Source of the DNA: a virus
DNA length: 64,000 nt
Direction: 5' to 3' (one strand)
IMG/VR virus record: IMGVR_UViG_3300047476_000792
Coordinates: 1 to 64,000 of that record
Shown here: positions 47,337 to 56,932 of the stretch, piece after piece
How positions within the stretch are numbered: position 1 is the stretch's first letter
How the letters are laid out: each line of letters begins with the position of its first letter
Notes under the pieces: model-generated
Told to the model about the DNA's origin: nothing
The model's database searches: none
What the model saw: the letters and a program-made list of their open reading frames with translations, nothing else
Translations under genes and position numbers: made by a program

Positions 47337-48136
47337 AAAAAATAGCATTTACGATTGTTCTGAATGGTATGCCGTTTATTCCGCTACAAGGGGATATAAT
47401 ACCCGAGATATTTGATGAATGGCATATTATTGAAGGTGTAGTTCTCCCTATAAAAGATACTAAATGGTGTAAATTAGTAGATCCGAAATTCTTTGTTAAT
47501 CAGGATGGTGATTATTTTGGCTGTTCTATTGACGGAACGTCGGGTGTAATAGATAATCTAAAAGCTAGATATCCAGAAAAAATATTTGTTCATAGAAAGA
47601 AGACTTTTTGGAATGGAAAATTGGACATGTGCCAATGTATAGAGGATAGATTGCAAGATGCTATTCTGATGCAGATAGATGTTGATGAGATATGGAATAA
47701 AGATAAACTTCGTGAGGTTCTTGAATTTGCTGAAAATAATGAAGGATTTGACGGTATGATTTTTAAATGTAACTTTTATGTTGGGCCTAAACTTGTTATA
47801 TTTGATGAAGATACCCATCCGAATAAAACTGATACATGGACGAGGTTGTGGGTAATCAGAGATAGATCAAAATGGGTATCACATGAACCCCCCGTTCTGG
47901 AAAATTTAAAAACAGATAGTTTTTTGAATAAAGAATTCACATCACAAAAAGGTTGGATCTTTGACCATTTTGCATATTTATTTGAATCTCAATTAGAGTT
48001 TAAAGAGAATTTTTATGGATACGAAGGTGCTAAACGATCATGGCAAATAATGCAAAAATGTCCAGATAAAAAGTTCAGGCTGAATAGATTTTTTACTTGG
48101 GTTGATAATTATGATATGGTAAGTAGGATTAAATGA
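47333..48136 (+). CDS. GT2-like glycosyltransferase
   Basis: TIVLNG, IIEG, SIDGT, QIDVDEIW, FDHFAY. Confidence 0.75.
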   Translation: MKKIAFTIVLNGMPFIPLQGDIIPEIFDEWHIIEGVVLPIKDTKWCKLVDPKFFVNQDGDYFGCSIDGTSGVIDNLKARYPEKIFVHRKKTFWNGKLDMCQCIEDRLQDAILMQIDVDEIWNKDKLREVLEFAENNEGFDGMIFKCNFYVGPKLVIFDEDTHPNKTDTWTRLWVIRDRSKWVSHEPPVLENLKTDSFLNKEFTSQKGWIFDHFAYLFESQLEFKENFYGYEGAKRSWQIMQKCPDKKFRLNRFFTWVDNYDMVSRIK

Positions 48137-48798
48137 GTGAAAATTTTATATATACTGGATTTGTAAAGGATGTTGATCCTGGAAAATATGCAAATCTAAA
48201 TGCCGAAGATTTTTTCTCTATATGGATCGCGAATACACAGAGATTTGCACCTAATACACAAATTCGTATATTAGGTCCAGATGTTCCAAATAATATAGCC
48301 AAGTATGATAATGTAAAGAGTATCGCAGAATATCCTAATCTAGGACATGTGCATGATTATTTAGACGGGAAAAGAGATGGAATATGGTGTGGTTGGACAG
48401 CAGGAATCGTTCTAGGAATGGTAGATGCATATGTCAATGGAAAGGATTTCATATATAAAGAACAGGATTGTTTAGCATTTGGTGATTTTGTGAGCCGTAT
48501 GAAGAAAGAAAATGATAATTATGATATTACATACGGCTCATGTAGACTTATGGGACCGGCACAATCGTTGTTCATTGTCAGAAATTATATTATTCCTGTT
48601 GTTATTGGATGTTTAGCACAATATAAAGATAAAGATATGTTACCAGAATACAAATTTAAAAATTTACAAGTTCGTCAAAATCGATTATCATTTGGATATG
48701 ACCGAGATCGCCCATTCAATATGAAGGATGAAGTCTTTTACATTCAACAACTATCAGATAATGATATGAATATACTGATTAATAACAATTTAATATAA
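48133..48798 (+). CDS. putative glycosyltransferase-like protein
   Basis: FIYKEQDCL DxD-like motif; glycan-cluster context. Confidence 0.45.
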   Translation: MSENFIYTGFVKDVDPGKYANLNAEDFFSIWIANTQRFAPNTQIRILGPDVPNNIAKYDNVKSIAEYPNLGHVHDYLDGKRDGIWCGWTAGIVLGMVDAYVNGKDFIYKEQDCLAFGDFVSRMKKENDNYDITYGSCRLMGPAQSLFIVRNYIIPVVIGCLAQYKDKDMLPEYKFKNLQVRQNRLSFGYDRDRPFNMKDEVFYIQQLSDNDMNILINNNLI

Positions 48799-49565
48799 TG
48801 CACGGCCATCTAGAAATAACAACTCGTATAGGATGCAGATTGGCATGTGCCTTCTGTCCACAGAAAACTTTGAATACTGCTTATGAGGATAAAAAACATG
48901 TTTCAATGACATTATCCGATTTCGAGAAGATAATAGAAACTGTCCCTACGTCCATTGATATACATTTTTCAGGTTTTGCCGAGCCTTTCCTCAATAAGGA
49001 GGCTCCTTTTATGTTAAAATATGCTGTCGAAAAAGGACATAAAGTTCATGTATATAGTACTTTAATAGGATTAATGCCTGAGGGGGCGGAGATATTAAAA
49101 AGTTATAAACCAGCATTTTTCAGAATACATGTAGCGGATCAAAAGGCTATGAAGGTTCAAGATGATAAATGGATAGAAGCGCATGAGTTATTCTTAACTA
49201 CTAGAATAGTCGGCTCGTATATGGCAATGGGTAATGTGACTGATCAGATAGATAAATATCTACGTTCTAAACATATTTCATACGAGATTCCTACTATGTT
49301 AAGTAGGGGAGGAAATTTAGATATAGGGGTGCATTACTTGGAAGGTAATATCGCATGTGGAATGAATAGGTGGCATCAAAATGTCGTTCTTCCGAACGGG
49401 GATGTTTACATATGTTGTATGGATTATGGTTTAACTATGCCTAGTGGAAATTTACTAAAAGACCCCTATACTGTTATATGGGATAAAGCAGAAAAATATA
49501 AAAATAATATAAACCCTCCTAAAGATTCTATTTGTCGGAGGTGCGAGTGGGCTGTAAGAATATAA
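48798..49565 (+). CDS. radical SAM / SPASM-domain protein
   Basis: CRLACAFC, FSGFAEP, GDVYICCMD, CRRC. Confidence 0.9.
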   Translation: MHGHLEITTRIGCRLACAFCPQKTLNTAYEDKKHVSMTLSDFEKIIETVPTSIDIHFSGFAEPFLNKEAPFMLKYAVEKGHKVHVYSTLIGLMPEGAEILKSYKPAFFRIHVADQKAMKVQDDKWIEAHELFLTTRIVGSYMAMGNVTDQIDKYLRSKHISYEIPTMLSRGGNLDIGVHYLEGNIACGMNRWHQNVVLPNGDVYICCMDYGLTMPSGNLLKDPYTVIWDKAEKYKNNINPPKDSICRRCEWAVRI

Positions 49566-49569
49566 AAAT

Positions 49570-50082
49570 ATGAGACGAGTACAATTTGGTTGTGGTGGTA
49601 ATAGAATTCCCGGATGGGAAAATTATGATTGGGAAGTAGATATAACAAAGCCTCTACCCTTTGTTAACAATTCTGTAGATCAAATTCTTGCAGAACATGT
49701 TGTAGAACATGTTTCTATTCATGATGCATGGAATTTCTTCGAAGAGTGTTACCGAATTCTCAATAAAAATGGAATTTTGCGAATAGCTGTTCCGTGCGTG
49801 AGTCGCATTTTCACATTAGCTGATCAAGATTATTTCGACTTTATAGCTAAACATGGGTGGGGTTCGGCGACTAGAAAAGACGCTGTGAAATCTATAATTT
49901 TTAATCATGGGCATTTAACTATTTGGGAAAAAGACTCTCTATCAGCTATTTTACAATGTATGGGGTTTGCTATACTGACCGATCCCCCAGAGGCATGTAC
50001 TAATATATTAAATCATCACCATGTTATTGGCGAGAAAATAAATAATATAGAAACAATTTTCGTGGATTGTGTAAAATTATGA
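49570..50082 (+). CDS. class I SAM-dependent methyltransferase
   Basis: FGCG, LPF..NSVD, EHVVEH, RIL..NG.LRIAVP. Confidence 0.85.
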   Translation: MRRVQFGCGGNRIPGWENYDWEVDITKPLPFVNNSVDQILAEHVVEHVSIHDAWNFFEECYRILNKNGILRIAVPCVSRIFTLADQDYFDFIAKHGWGSATRKDAVKSIIFNHGHLTIWEKDSLSAILQCMGFAILTDPPEACTNILNHHHVIGEKINNIETIFVDCVKL

Positions 50083-50774
50083 GAACTGCTTTTTGTTTTT
50101 CAGGAGAACTTCGTAGTTTAGATAAAACTTTCCCTTCCATAGATAAAAACATAGTGTCTAAATTTTCAAATGTAGATTTTTTTGTATATACATGGGCCGA
50201 TGATCCTGATCTTCATAAGATGTCAATTTTCGAAAAAGACAAAAGAACTAAACATATTCTTACTGAGGATCGCATAACGTACGATGAAAAAATGTATAAT
50301 GCTAGAAAAAGACCCGAAGTTTTTATACAAGGTATGCTTCGGCAGTTACATTGTTTGAAAAGGTGCAATGACATTAAAAAAGAATACGAGAATAATAATA
50401 ATTTTAAGTATGATTGCGTAGTTAGAATTCGTCCAGATATATTACCCATAAACAGTTCCTCTCTGGAAAATAGTGTCGAGGAATGGGATATGAAAAATTA
50501 TATGTATACCAGCGACCATGATGATTGGTTTGGTTACAATGACAGACTCTATTTTTCAAATTCTTCAAATATGGATTATATATGTTCGCGTATAGAATAT
50601 ATAGATGATTATTTTAACTACGGAGGATTGATGCATTATGAGACATATCTAAAACATTGTATCGAACAATTGAATATAAAAGTATGTAGAAGTCGTTTGG
50701 AATTTGTATTATTACGAAATGATGGAACGTATGCATCAGAACTGACAATGGGTTATAATATCGAAAACCGTTAA
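50079..50774 (+). CDS. putative glycosyltransferase
   Basis: AFCFSGELR, YTW, YDCVVRIRPD, NDR. Confidence 0.65.
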   Translation: MRTAFCFSGELRSLDKTFPSIDKNIVSKFSNVDFFVYTWADDPDLHKMSIFEKDKRTKHILTEDRITYDEKMYNARKRPEVFIQGMLRQLHCLKRCNDIKKEYENNNNFKYDCVVRIRPDILPINSSSLENSVEEWDMKNYMYTSDHDDWFGYNDRLYFSNSSNMDYICSRIEYIDDYFNYGGLMHYETYLKHCIEQLNIKVCRSRLEFVLLRNDGTYASELTMGYNIENR

Positions 50775-50911
50775 TAAAAATATGTATCCTAAAAATTACG
50801 AAAAAGAACTGTATAGTGATTATTATGATCAATGTCCTTACACATCCTCGAAGAAATATAGACATATAAACTCTTCGTTTGAATCTGAAAATAACGATAC
50901 TAAATATGAAA

Positions 50912-51970
50912 ATGAACAAACAAAAGACGGCATTGGTGTTGGGGGCTGGCGGCTTCATCGGAAATCATCTAGTAAATAGGCTTAAAGATGAAGGATATTG
51001 GGTTCGTGGAGTAGATTTGAAATATCCTGAATATCAAGAAAAATCAAGAGCAGATGATTTTAAAATAGCCGATCTATCAAAAGATCAATATAAATATACA
51101 TATCATATCGGTGCTTATAATTGGGTAGAAGATCAAGTATCTCCAATACATGAATATATACCATTTGATGAAGTATATCAATTAGCGGCAGACATGGGAG
51201 GAGCTGGCTACATATTTTCTGGTAACAATGATGCAAATGTGATGACAAATTCCGCAAAAATCAATCTTAATTGTTGCAAAATAGTCTTAGATTTAATAGA
51301 GCAACATAAAAAAGGTATAGTTAGAAGTGTAGACACTCCAAACACCAAAGTCTTCTATTCATCTTCCGCATGTATGTATCCCGCACATAACCAAGAAGAC
51401 CCTGATAATCCTAATTGTAGCGAGGATTCGGCGTACCCGGCAGCGCCCGATAGCGAGTATGGGTGGGAGAAGCTTTTCAGTGAGAGATTGTACCTTGCAT
51501 ATCATCGTAACTACGGTTTAGATGTTCGTATTGCACGTTTCCATAATATCTTCGGGCCTTTAGGAACTTGGACAGGTGGAAAAGAGAAGGCACCAGCAGC
51601 AATATGTCGAAAGGTTCTCGAATCTAATGGTGAAATCGAGATTTGGGGAGATGGTGAACAGACAAGAAGCTTTTTATATATTGATGAATGCATTGAAGGT
51701 ATTCGTAGATTGATGGAGTCTGATTTTACCGGTCCTGTTAATATCGGATCATCAGAAATGGTCACTATAAATGAGTTGGTAGATTTGGCATGTTCTTTTG
51801 AAAAGAAGAAACTAACTAAAAAACACATTCCTGGACCTCTAGGAGTTCGTGGAAGAAATTCAGACAATACTCTAATTGAGGAAAAACTTGGTTGGTCCCC
51901 TGATTATCCTCTTATATATGGATTAGAGAAAACTTATTTCTGGATTAAGAAGCAATTAGAAAGTAAATAA
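50912..51970 (+). CDS. NAD-dependent NDP-sugar epimerase, GDP-mannose 3,5-epimerase-like
   Basis: GAGGFIG, LAADMGGAG, SSSACMYP, YGWEK, GGKEKAPAA, GVRGRNS; TAAATA 5 nt before ATG 50912. Confidence 0.9.
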   Translation: MNKQKTALVLGAGGFIGNHLVNRLKDEGYWVRGVDLKYPEYQEKSRADDFKIADLSKDQYKYTYHIGAYNWVEDQVSPIHEYIPFDEVYQLAADMGGAGYIFSGNNDANVMTNSAKINLNCCKIVLDLIEQHKKGIVRSVDTPNTKVFYSSSACMYPAHNQEDPDNPNCSEDSAYPAAPDSEYGWEKLFSERLYLAYHRNYGLDVRIARFHNIFGPLGTWTGGKEKAPAAICRKVLESNGEIEIWGDGEQTRSFLYIDECIEGIRRLMESDFTGPVNIGSSEMVTINELVDLACSFEKKKLTKKHIPGPLGVRGRNSDNTLIEEKLGWSPDYPLIYGLEKTYFWIKKQLESK

Positions 51971-52210
51971 TTGTCTATGATGACCACAGGTAAAGTATTC
52001 GGTAACAGTAACATTGCAAATCGCCCAGAATTCGGCGGGATAGATCCGAGGATTGAAGTTCAACAAGAAGCGGTTGCACAAAATCTTGCAGATGAACAAT
52101 TGAGACTAGAACAAAATAAATCAAAACTTCTTCAGGATGCTATTACGAAGTTTCTTGCAAAAGAAATTACTAGAGCAGAACTAGAAGTAGTTCAAGAATC
52201 GTTGAAATAG
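51971..52210 (+). CDS. hypothetical protein
   Basis: ORF in operon. Confidence 0.55.
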   Translation: MSMMTTGKVFGNSNIANRPEFGGIDPRIEVQQEAVAQNLADEQLRLEQNKSKLLQDAITKFLAKEITRAELEVVQESLK

Positions 52211-52230
52211 TATTCAGTATGATGTAAAGT
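52202..52230 (+). promoter_or_regulatory. sigma70-type promoter
   Basis: TTGAAA-17 nt-TAAAGT, 6 nt before ATG 52237. Confidence 0.6.
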
Positions 52231-52236
52231 ATTCTA

Positions 52237-53988
52237 ATGCATCATCGGAATGTCGAATTTCAAAAAATAAGAATACAAAATTTTCTATCATATGGGAACA
52301 CTCCCATAGAAGTAGAGTTCAAAAATGGTATCACGTTCGTAACGGGATACAATAAGGATGAAGATGATACAAATGGAGTGGGTAAGACCTCTCTAATAGT
52401 TGATTCTTTATCCTTTTTGATTTTTGGGGAGACCTATAGAAAGATAAATCTAAATCTAATCCCAAATAAAAGAACTAGAGGAACTTGTTTCGTTGAAGGA
52501 TGGTTGAAGGTTAACGGCGTTCAATATCATATAACCCGTTCTATCGGGCCTAGTCGTCTTATATTAGAGATAGATGGGGAATGGGAGAAATATACCAAAT
52601 CTATTGCCGAAACAACCAAGGATATTATTGCTGCATTGGGAATATCAAAGACAGTGTTCACTAATACGGTTGTAATGACTAATAAAGATTCTCTATCATT
52701 CTTGAATCAGGGGAAAGACCCTAAAGTTAAGTTCATTGAAGGTATATTAGGCTTGGAGGCATTTGCAGAATTTTTTAAAAAGGCGAAGGATGAATATAAA
52801 ACCGTTGCAGATGAACGCGGGAAGGTGGAATTTCAAGTTAATCAATTGGTAAAAACCTTGGAATCTGATAAACAGTATCTCAATCAGGCAGAAGAGAAGA
52901 ATAAAAAAGATATTCAGCAATTAGAACAGAAGATTCAAGATTGTCGAGATATCCAACCTATTGATAATTCAGCCAAGATTGATGAACTCAATAATCAGAA
53001 AGAAGAGTTGTTGACCGCCATACAAGCTAAGGATGGAAAAATAGGCATTGCACAATCCAAGAGATATGAGCTTAAATTCGCATTAGATGAATTCCAGAAA
53101 AAGCTCAACGATTTTGATAATATAAAATTAGAGTGCCCAACTTGCAAACGTCCATTTGACGAACATAATCCGAAAGTATTAGATGAAGAGAAACAAACGC
53201 TGAAGAAGACTATTACAGAAAAACGTGATTTCATAAATAAACTCGATAAAGGTATAGAATTTGTTAAAAAGGAGAAAGATCTTCTACAGAAGACGTATTC
53301 TGATATAGTAAATTCTATCAACACTTTGACTAAAGAACAATTAAAATTCTCCGAAAGTCAGCGAGAGATTGATAAATTAAATGGTCAATTAGATTCGGTC
53401 AAAGATTTCCAGAATCCGTTCATGAATAAAGTGGTCGAGACATCTGAACAATTAACAAATAAACAGACCGAACTGTTGAAGTGGAATAAGGATGTTCGCC
53501 TTGCTGATATAGTGAAACAGATGGCATCTCCTACTGGTATAAAATCACTTATGGTTAAGAAGGTTATAGAATCCTTCAACGAAAGAATCAACCAATATAT
53601 GGTTCGACTAGGTTCCCCTTATCGAGTTCACTTTGATGAATATTTTGAAGAAACTATTACGCATAAAGACGGAGAAGCCTTTTCCTATGGTTCTTTGAGT
53701 GGTGGTGAAGCTAAACGAGTCGATTTCTCTATGTTATTCGCATTTAGAGATATTCGTAGACTTCAGAGTAATATATCAGTTAATTTGACGGTGATGGACG
53801 AATTGTTCGACTCCGCATTATCTGAAAAAGGAATGTTCAATATTATAGAATTGTTGAAAGAATCTTCTGATGAGTGTTATTTTATTGTAACACACAGGAA
53901 GGAAAATGTTGATGAATCGGGATGCGATGTTATACATCTTATCAAAGAAAACGGAATAACAAGAATAGAAGATAAGAATAATTCTTGA
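52237..53988 (+). CDS. gp46: recombination ATPase subunit, gp46/Rad50-like
   Basis: NFLSYGN, NGVGKTS, coiled coil with CPTC hook, LSGGE, MDE, VTH. Confidence 0.95.
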   Translation: MHHRNVEFQKIRIQNFLSYGNTPIEVEFKNGITFVTGYNKDEDDTNGVGKTSLIVDSLSFLIFGETYRKINLNLIPNKRTRGTCFVEGWLKVNGVQYHITRSIGPSRLILEIDGEWEKYTKSIAETTKDIIAALGISKTVFTNTVVMTNKDSLSFLNQGKDPKVKFIEGILGLEAFAEFFKKAKDEYKTVADERGKVEFQVNQLVKTLESDKQYLNQAEEKNKKDIQQLEQKIQDCRDIQPIDNSAKIDELNNQKEELLTAIQAKDGKIGIAQSKRYELKFALDEFQKKLNDFDNIKLECPTCKRPFDEHNPKVLDEEKQTLKKTITEKRDFINKLDKGIEFVKKEKDLLQKTYSDIVNSINTLTKEQLKFSESQREIDKLNGQLDSVKDFQNPFMNKVVETSEQLTNKQTELLKWNKDVRLADIVKQMASPTGIKSLMVKKVIESFNERINQYMVRLGSPYRVHFDEYFEETITHKDGEAFSYGSLSGGEAKRVDFSMLFAFRDIRRLQSNISVNLTVMDELFDSALSEKGMFNIIELLKESSDECYFIVTHRKENVDESGCDVIHLIKENGITRIEDKNNS

Positions 53989-54022
53989 TAGTGATAAAAG
54001 GCATGTTTAAATAAAATTAAAC

Positions 54023-55363
54023 ATGCCTACTATTGTTAAAGAACCTCTTAAACAAGTACCTAATTTAACTCCGTTAGTTAGGAACCCTTCTCAGAATTCG
54101 CAAGAACTTTCTAATTTAAAAAGCCCTTTCCGAGGATATGGGCCTAAGATGTTTGGAGAACTTAATGTAAAACTTCAAGATAGGTCTGAGATAAAACTTC
54201 CGACTCCGGGAGAAGGATTACCAAGGGTTATACATTACTGTGCAGATCAATCAGGTTGTGCATTTTGGCGGCTTCTTTGGCCTTCTGAAGAGCTTCTTGC
54301 ACATAACAAGGCTGTCGTAATGACCTTGTATCAAATGGTCACTATAGGGCAGTTCTATGGCGGTATTGATGCTGTAAGATTACAGAGACAATGTACAGAA
54401 CCACAGATCGAATTCATCAAATTCCTTCGCAAGGTTTCTGATGATCTAAAATCTCAAACTGGTAAAGGTTTTAGAATTATATGGGAATGCGATGATATTG
54501 TATGTCCTGCCGCTGATATACCTGATTATAATGTATGTAAATCTGCATTTACCGACGACTCTATTCTTAGAAATGTTACTGAGGCGATGAAATATGTTGA
54601 TGAGATGACAGTACCATCAGAACATATGCGCCAACATTATAAGAAGCATCTAAATTTCGATAAAATTTCTGTTATTCCAAACTATGCTCCTAAAAACTGG
54701 ATAGATCGTGGCTATGATAAGGAACGAGTCCTCGAAACGTACCGTAAACATAAAGCTAAACCTCGTATCTTATATGCAGGAAGTGGAACTCACTTCGATG
54801 TTGCCAATAAAGTTAATCAGCAAGATGATTTTGGCGGAGTCGTCGATGCAATTGCCCGCGATATTATGGTTGATAAAAAGTATGAATGGGTATTTCTTGG
54901 TGCAATCCCGTTAAAACTTAAACAATTTGTAGGAAAAGGAATAGAATTTCATAACTGGTGTCCGATTACGGAATATCCTGAGATGATTAAGAAATTGAAG
55001 GTCAATGCAAGTATTGCACCCCTTCAAAATAATGCATTTTCTCGTTCCAAAGCAAATATCAAGCTTACTGAAGCAGGTATGCAAGGCATTCCGTGTGTTG
55101 CACAGAATATAGATTGTTATAATTTTGATGGATGGAAATATCTTTTCGATACCAGTGATCAGATGTTTAATATTTTAGATGACATTCTATCATCAGAATT
55201 AAAATACGAAGAAGCTAGTGACTTTGCAAAGAAATATTCTGATGGTTATCTTCTTCAAGATCACTTAGATGAATATGTATTGCTCTACACAACTCCTTAT
55301 GGAGATGATAAACGTAAAGAATGTCAGTCATTCTTGAAGAATAATCCTCAACAATTCAGATAA
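54023..55363 (+). CDS. GT-B glycosyltransferase (GT4-like)
   Basis: SGCAFWR, WECDD, VIPN, YAGSGTH, IAPLQNNAFSRSKANIKLTE. Confidence 0.8.
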   Translation: MPTIVKEPLKQVPNLTPLVRNPSQNSQELSNLKSPFRGYGPKMFGELNVKLQDRSEIKLPTPGEGLPRVIHYCADQSGCAFWRLLWPSEELLAHNKAVVMTLYQMVTIGQFYGGIDAVRLQRQCTEPQIEFIKFLRKVSDDLKSQTGKGFRIIWECDDIVCPAADIPDYNVCKSAFTDDSILRNVTEAMKYVDEMTVPSEHMRQHYKKHLNFDKISVIPNYAPKNWIDRGYDKERVLETYRKHKAKPRILYAGSGTHFDVANKVNQQDDFGGVVDAIARDIMVDKKYEWVFLGAIPLKLKQFVGKGIEFHNWCPITEYPEMIKKLKVNASIAPLQNNAFSRSKANIKLTEAGMQGIPCVAQNIDCYNFDGWKYLFDTSDQMFNILDDILSSELKYEEASDFAKKYSDGYLLQDHLDEYVLLYTTPYGDDKRKECQSFLKNNPQQFR

Positions 55364-55401
55364 AATAAAAAACCCGCTAATTTCTTAGCGGGTTTTTTAT
55401 T
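55364..55401. terminator. bidirectional intrinsic terminator
   Basis: Perfect 17-bp inverted repeat AATAAAAAACCCGCTAA-TTTC-TTAGCGGGTTTTTTATT between convergent genes. Confidence 0.9.
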
Positions 55402-55413
55402 AGTCGTTTATCT

Positions 55414-55824
55414 TTATGCGGTAGCTTCTTTTAGACCTTTATAATAGAGTTTTTCAACTTCTCCTACGTCTTGAATCTTATTAAAGAGTTCTTCAGCAGC
55501 TTTAATAAACTCTTCTTTCTTCTGTTTTTCCAGCTTTGCCAGTTCTTGTTTCTTTGCTTCAAGAGCCTTTGTCATTTCTGCAAATTGCTTCAGAAGGTTG
55601 CGAAGTTTTTCTTTCGTATCCTTCAATACCACATCCCGCTCCTCGCTGAAAAGTTCCGAGATGACACTTCCTAATTGATCTTTTGGAACCTTATTAGGTA
55701 TCTTTAGGTTTTCTTTACCACCTACCACAGCCACTAAACGGTCCAGTGCTTGTGTGAATTTCTTTTCGACTTTTCCAGTCTGTTCCTGTTCGTTGGGTAC
55801 TTCTTCTGTATTTTGGTTACTCAT
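55414..55824 (-). CDS. hypothetical coiled-coil protein
   Basis: 136-aa E/K-rich ORF. Confidence 0.7.
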   Translation of the reverse strand: MSNQNTEEVPNEQEQTGKVEKKFTQALDRLVAVVGGKENLKIPNKVPKDQLGSVISELFSEERDVVLKDTKEKLRNLLKQFAEMTKALEAKKQELAKLEKQKKEEFIKAAEELFNKIQDVGEVEKLYYKGLKEATA

Positions 55825-55851
55825 AGTATTTTATAATGTTTACAAATTCGG

Positions 55852-56313
55852 TTAGAATTTGATCGACTCAATATCACCTAGATCTAGAGGAATGTCAAGA
55901 GGCTGTGCGATAATCTTCGCATTTTTTTCTTTAAGAATAGTACGCAGTCTTTCGTTTTCTATATATTCTGCATCTATCTCCGATTTTAAATCTTCTATCT
56001 CCGATTTTAAATCTTCTATCTCTCCTCTTAAATAACGCATTTCTCTTTCAAGAGTGTTATACGCCATTTCATACCCTTCTATCTTTTTATTACGTTCGTT
56101 TTGAAGTTCTTTCTTATGTTGTTTTTCTAAGGCATTTACCACATTTTTTAATTTTTCAGTATGGTCGTTATCAATATCATTTAGTATTTGTTTGAGACGT
56201 AGGTCTACGTGTTTAAAAAGTCTAGTTCCTACATCATCTATTGCAACATGATCCCATGCACTTAATATATGCATTTCATCAAAAATATTCTTAAATTCTT
56301 CCTGGGTTATCAT
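55852..56313 (-). CDS. hypothetical coiled-coil protein, C-term DIESIKF
   Basis: ORF with EIEDLKS heptad duplication. Confidence 0.7.
   Translation of the reverse strand: MITQEEFKNIFDEMHILSAWDHVAIDDVGTRLFKHVDLRLKQILNDIDNDHTEKLKNVVNALEKQHKKELQNERNKKIEGYEMAYNTLEREMRYLRGEIEDLKSEIEDLKSEIDAEYIENERLRTILKEKNAKIIAQPLDIPLDLGDIESIKF
55973..56022. repeat. 21-nt tandem repeat (about 2.4 copies)
   Basis: TCTATCTCCGATTTTAAATCT x2 plus a partial copy, encoding EIEDLKS heptads. Confidence 0.85.
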
Positions 56314-56501
56314 ATTTTAAATTTTATATTTTCTATACTTCTAAGATTAAAAGTATCTTCTGTCGGATATTCGCCCAGATATTCTTTCAACATTAATTCG
56401 CCATGATAATTTTCGCATAAATTAATCAATGCATCAATATAATCAGTTCCTTGATATGGGAATTCATTTTGAATTTTTTGTATCTCTTTTCGCAAATCCA
56501 T
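56310..56501 (-). CDS. hypothetical protein, C-term SIENIKFKI
   Basis: ORF in operon. Confidence 0.65.
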   Translation of the reverse strand: MDLRKEIQKIQNEFPYQGTDYIDALINLCENYHGELMLKEYLGEYPTEDTFNLRSIENIKFKI

Positions 56502-56504
56502 ATT

Positions 56505-56870
56505 TTAAAATTTTATATTTTCTATATCAGAGAAATCCAACTCAGGCATGTTGATAAATTGTCTATAATTAAGATTGCTTAGAATTTCATTCAATGCCGT
56601 AATCCTAGTTTCATTCGGAACCCCCAAATCATCGAATTGTAATTTAGAAATATAATCTCCGAACGGTGAAGCCGATAGAGATATAATCGGCTTCATTTTA
56701 TTAGTATAACGAAATACACTATTACTTCCAAAAAAGTCTCCAAATATATACTTGGCATCAAATCCACGAATAGCACTCATACATACGATTTCTGCCCGTA
56801 ATTCCTTGGATGTGGGAGATTTTAAGTTTAATTTTGAATTTATAAATTTTATAAGATATGGTAAATCCAT
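56505..56870 (-). CDS. hypothetical protein, C-term DIENIKF
   Basis: ORF in operon. Confidence 0.65.
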   Translation of the reverse strand: MDLPYLIKFINSKLNLKSPTSKELRAEIVCMSAIRGFDAKYIFGDFFGSNSVFRYTNKMKPIISLSASPFGDYISKLQFDDLGVPNETRITALNEILSNLNYRQFINMPELDFSDIENIKF

Positions 56871-56875
56871 GACAC

Positions 56876-56926
56876 ACTATATACTCGATCTTTGTTCTTG
56901 CAAGGTCTTTCTTTCACCGCTATCTT
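56876..56926. promoter_or_regulatory. divergent sigma70-type promoters sharing one palindromic -35 (TTGCAA 56898-56903)
   Basis: +: TTGCAA-17-TATCTT-6-ATG 56933; -: TTGCAA-16-TATAGT-5-ATG 56870. Confidence 0.6.
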
Positions 56927-56932
56927 AGTACG

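Noticed and set aside
50782-50979. 65-aa ORF before the epimerase
   Set aside because: Overlaps the epimerase start by over 60 nt and has no recognisable motif; could be real but is unsupported
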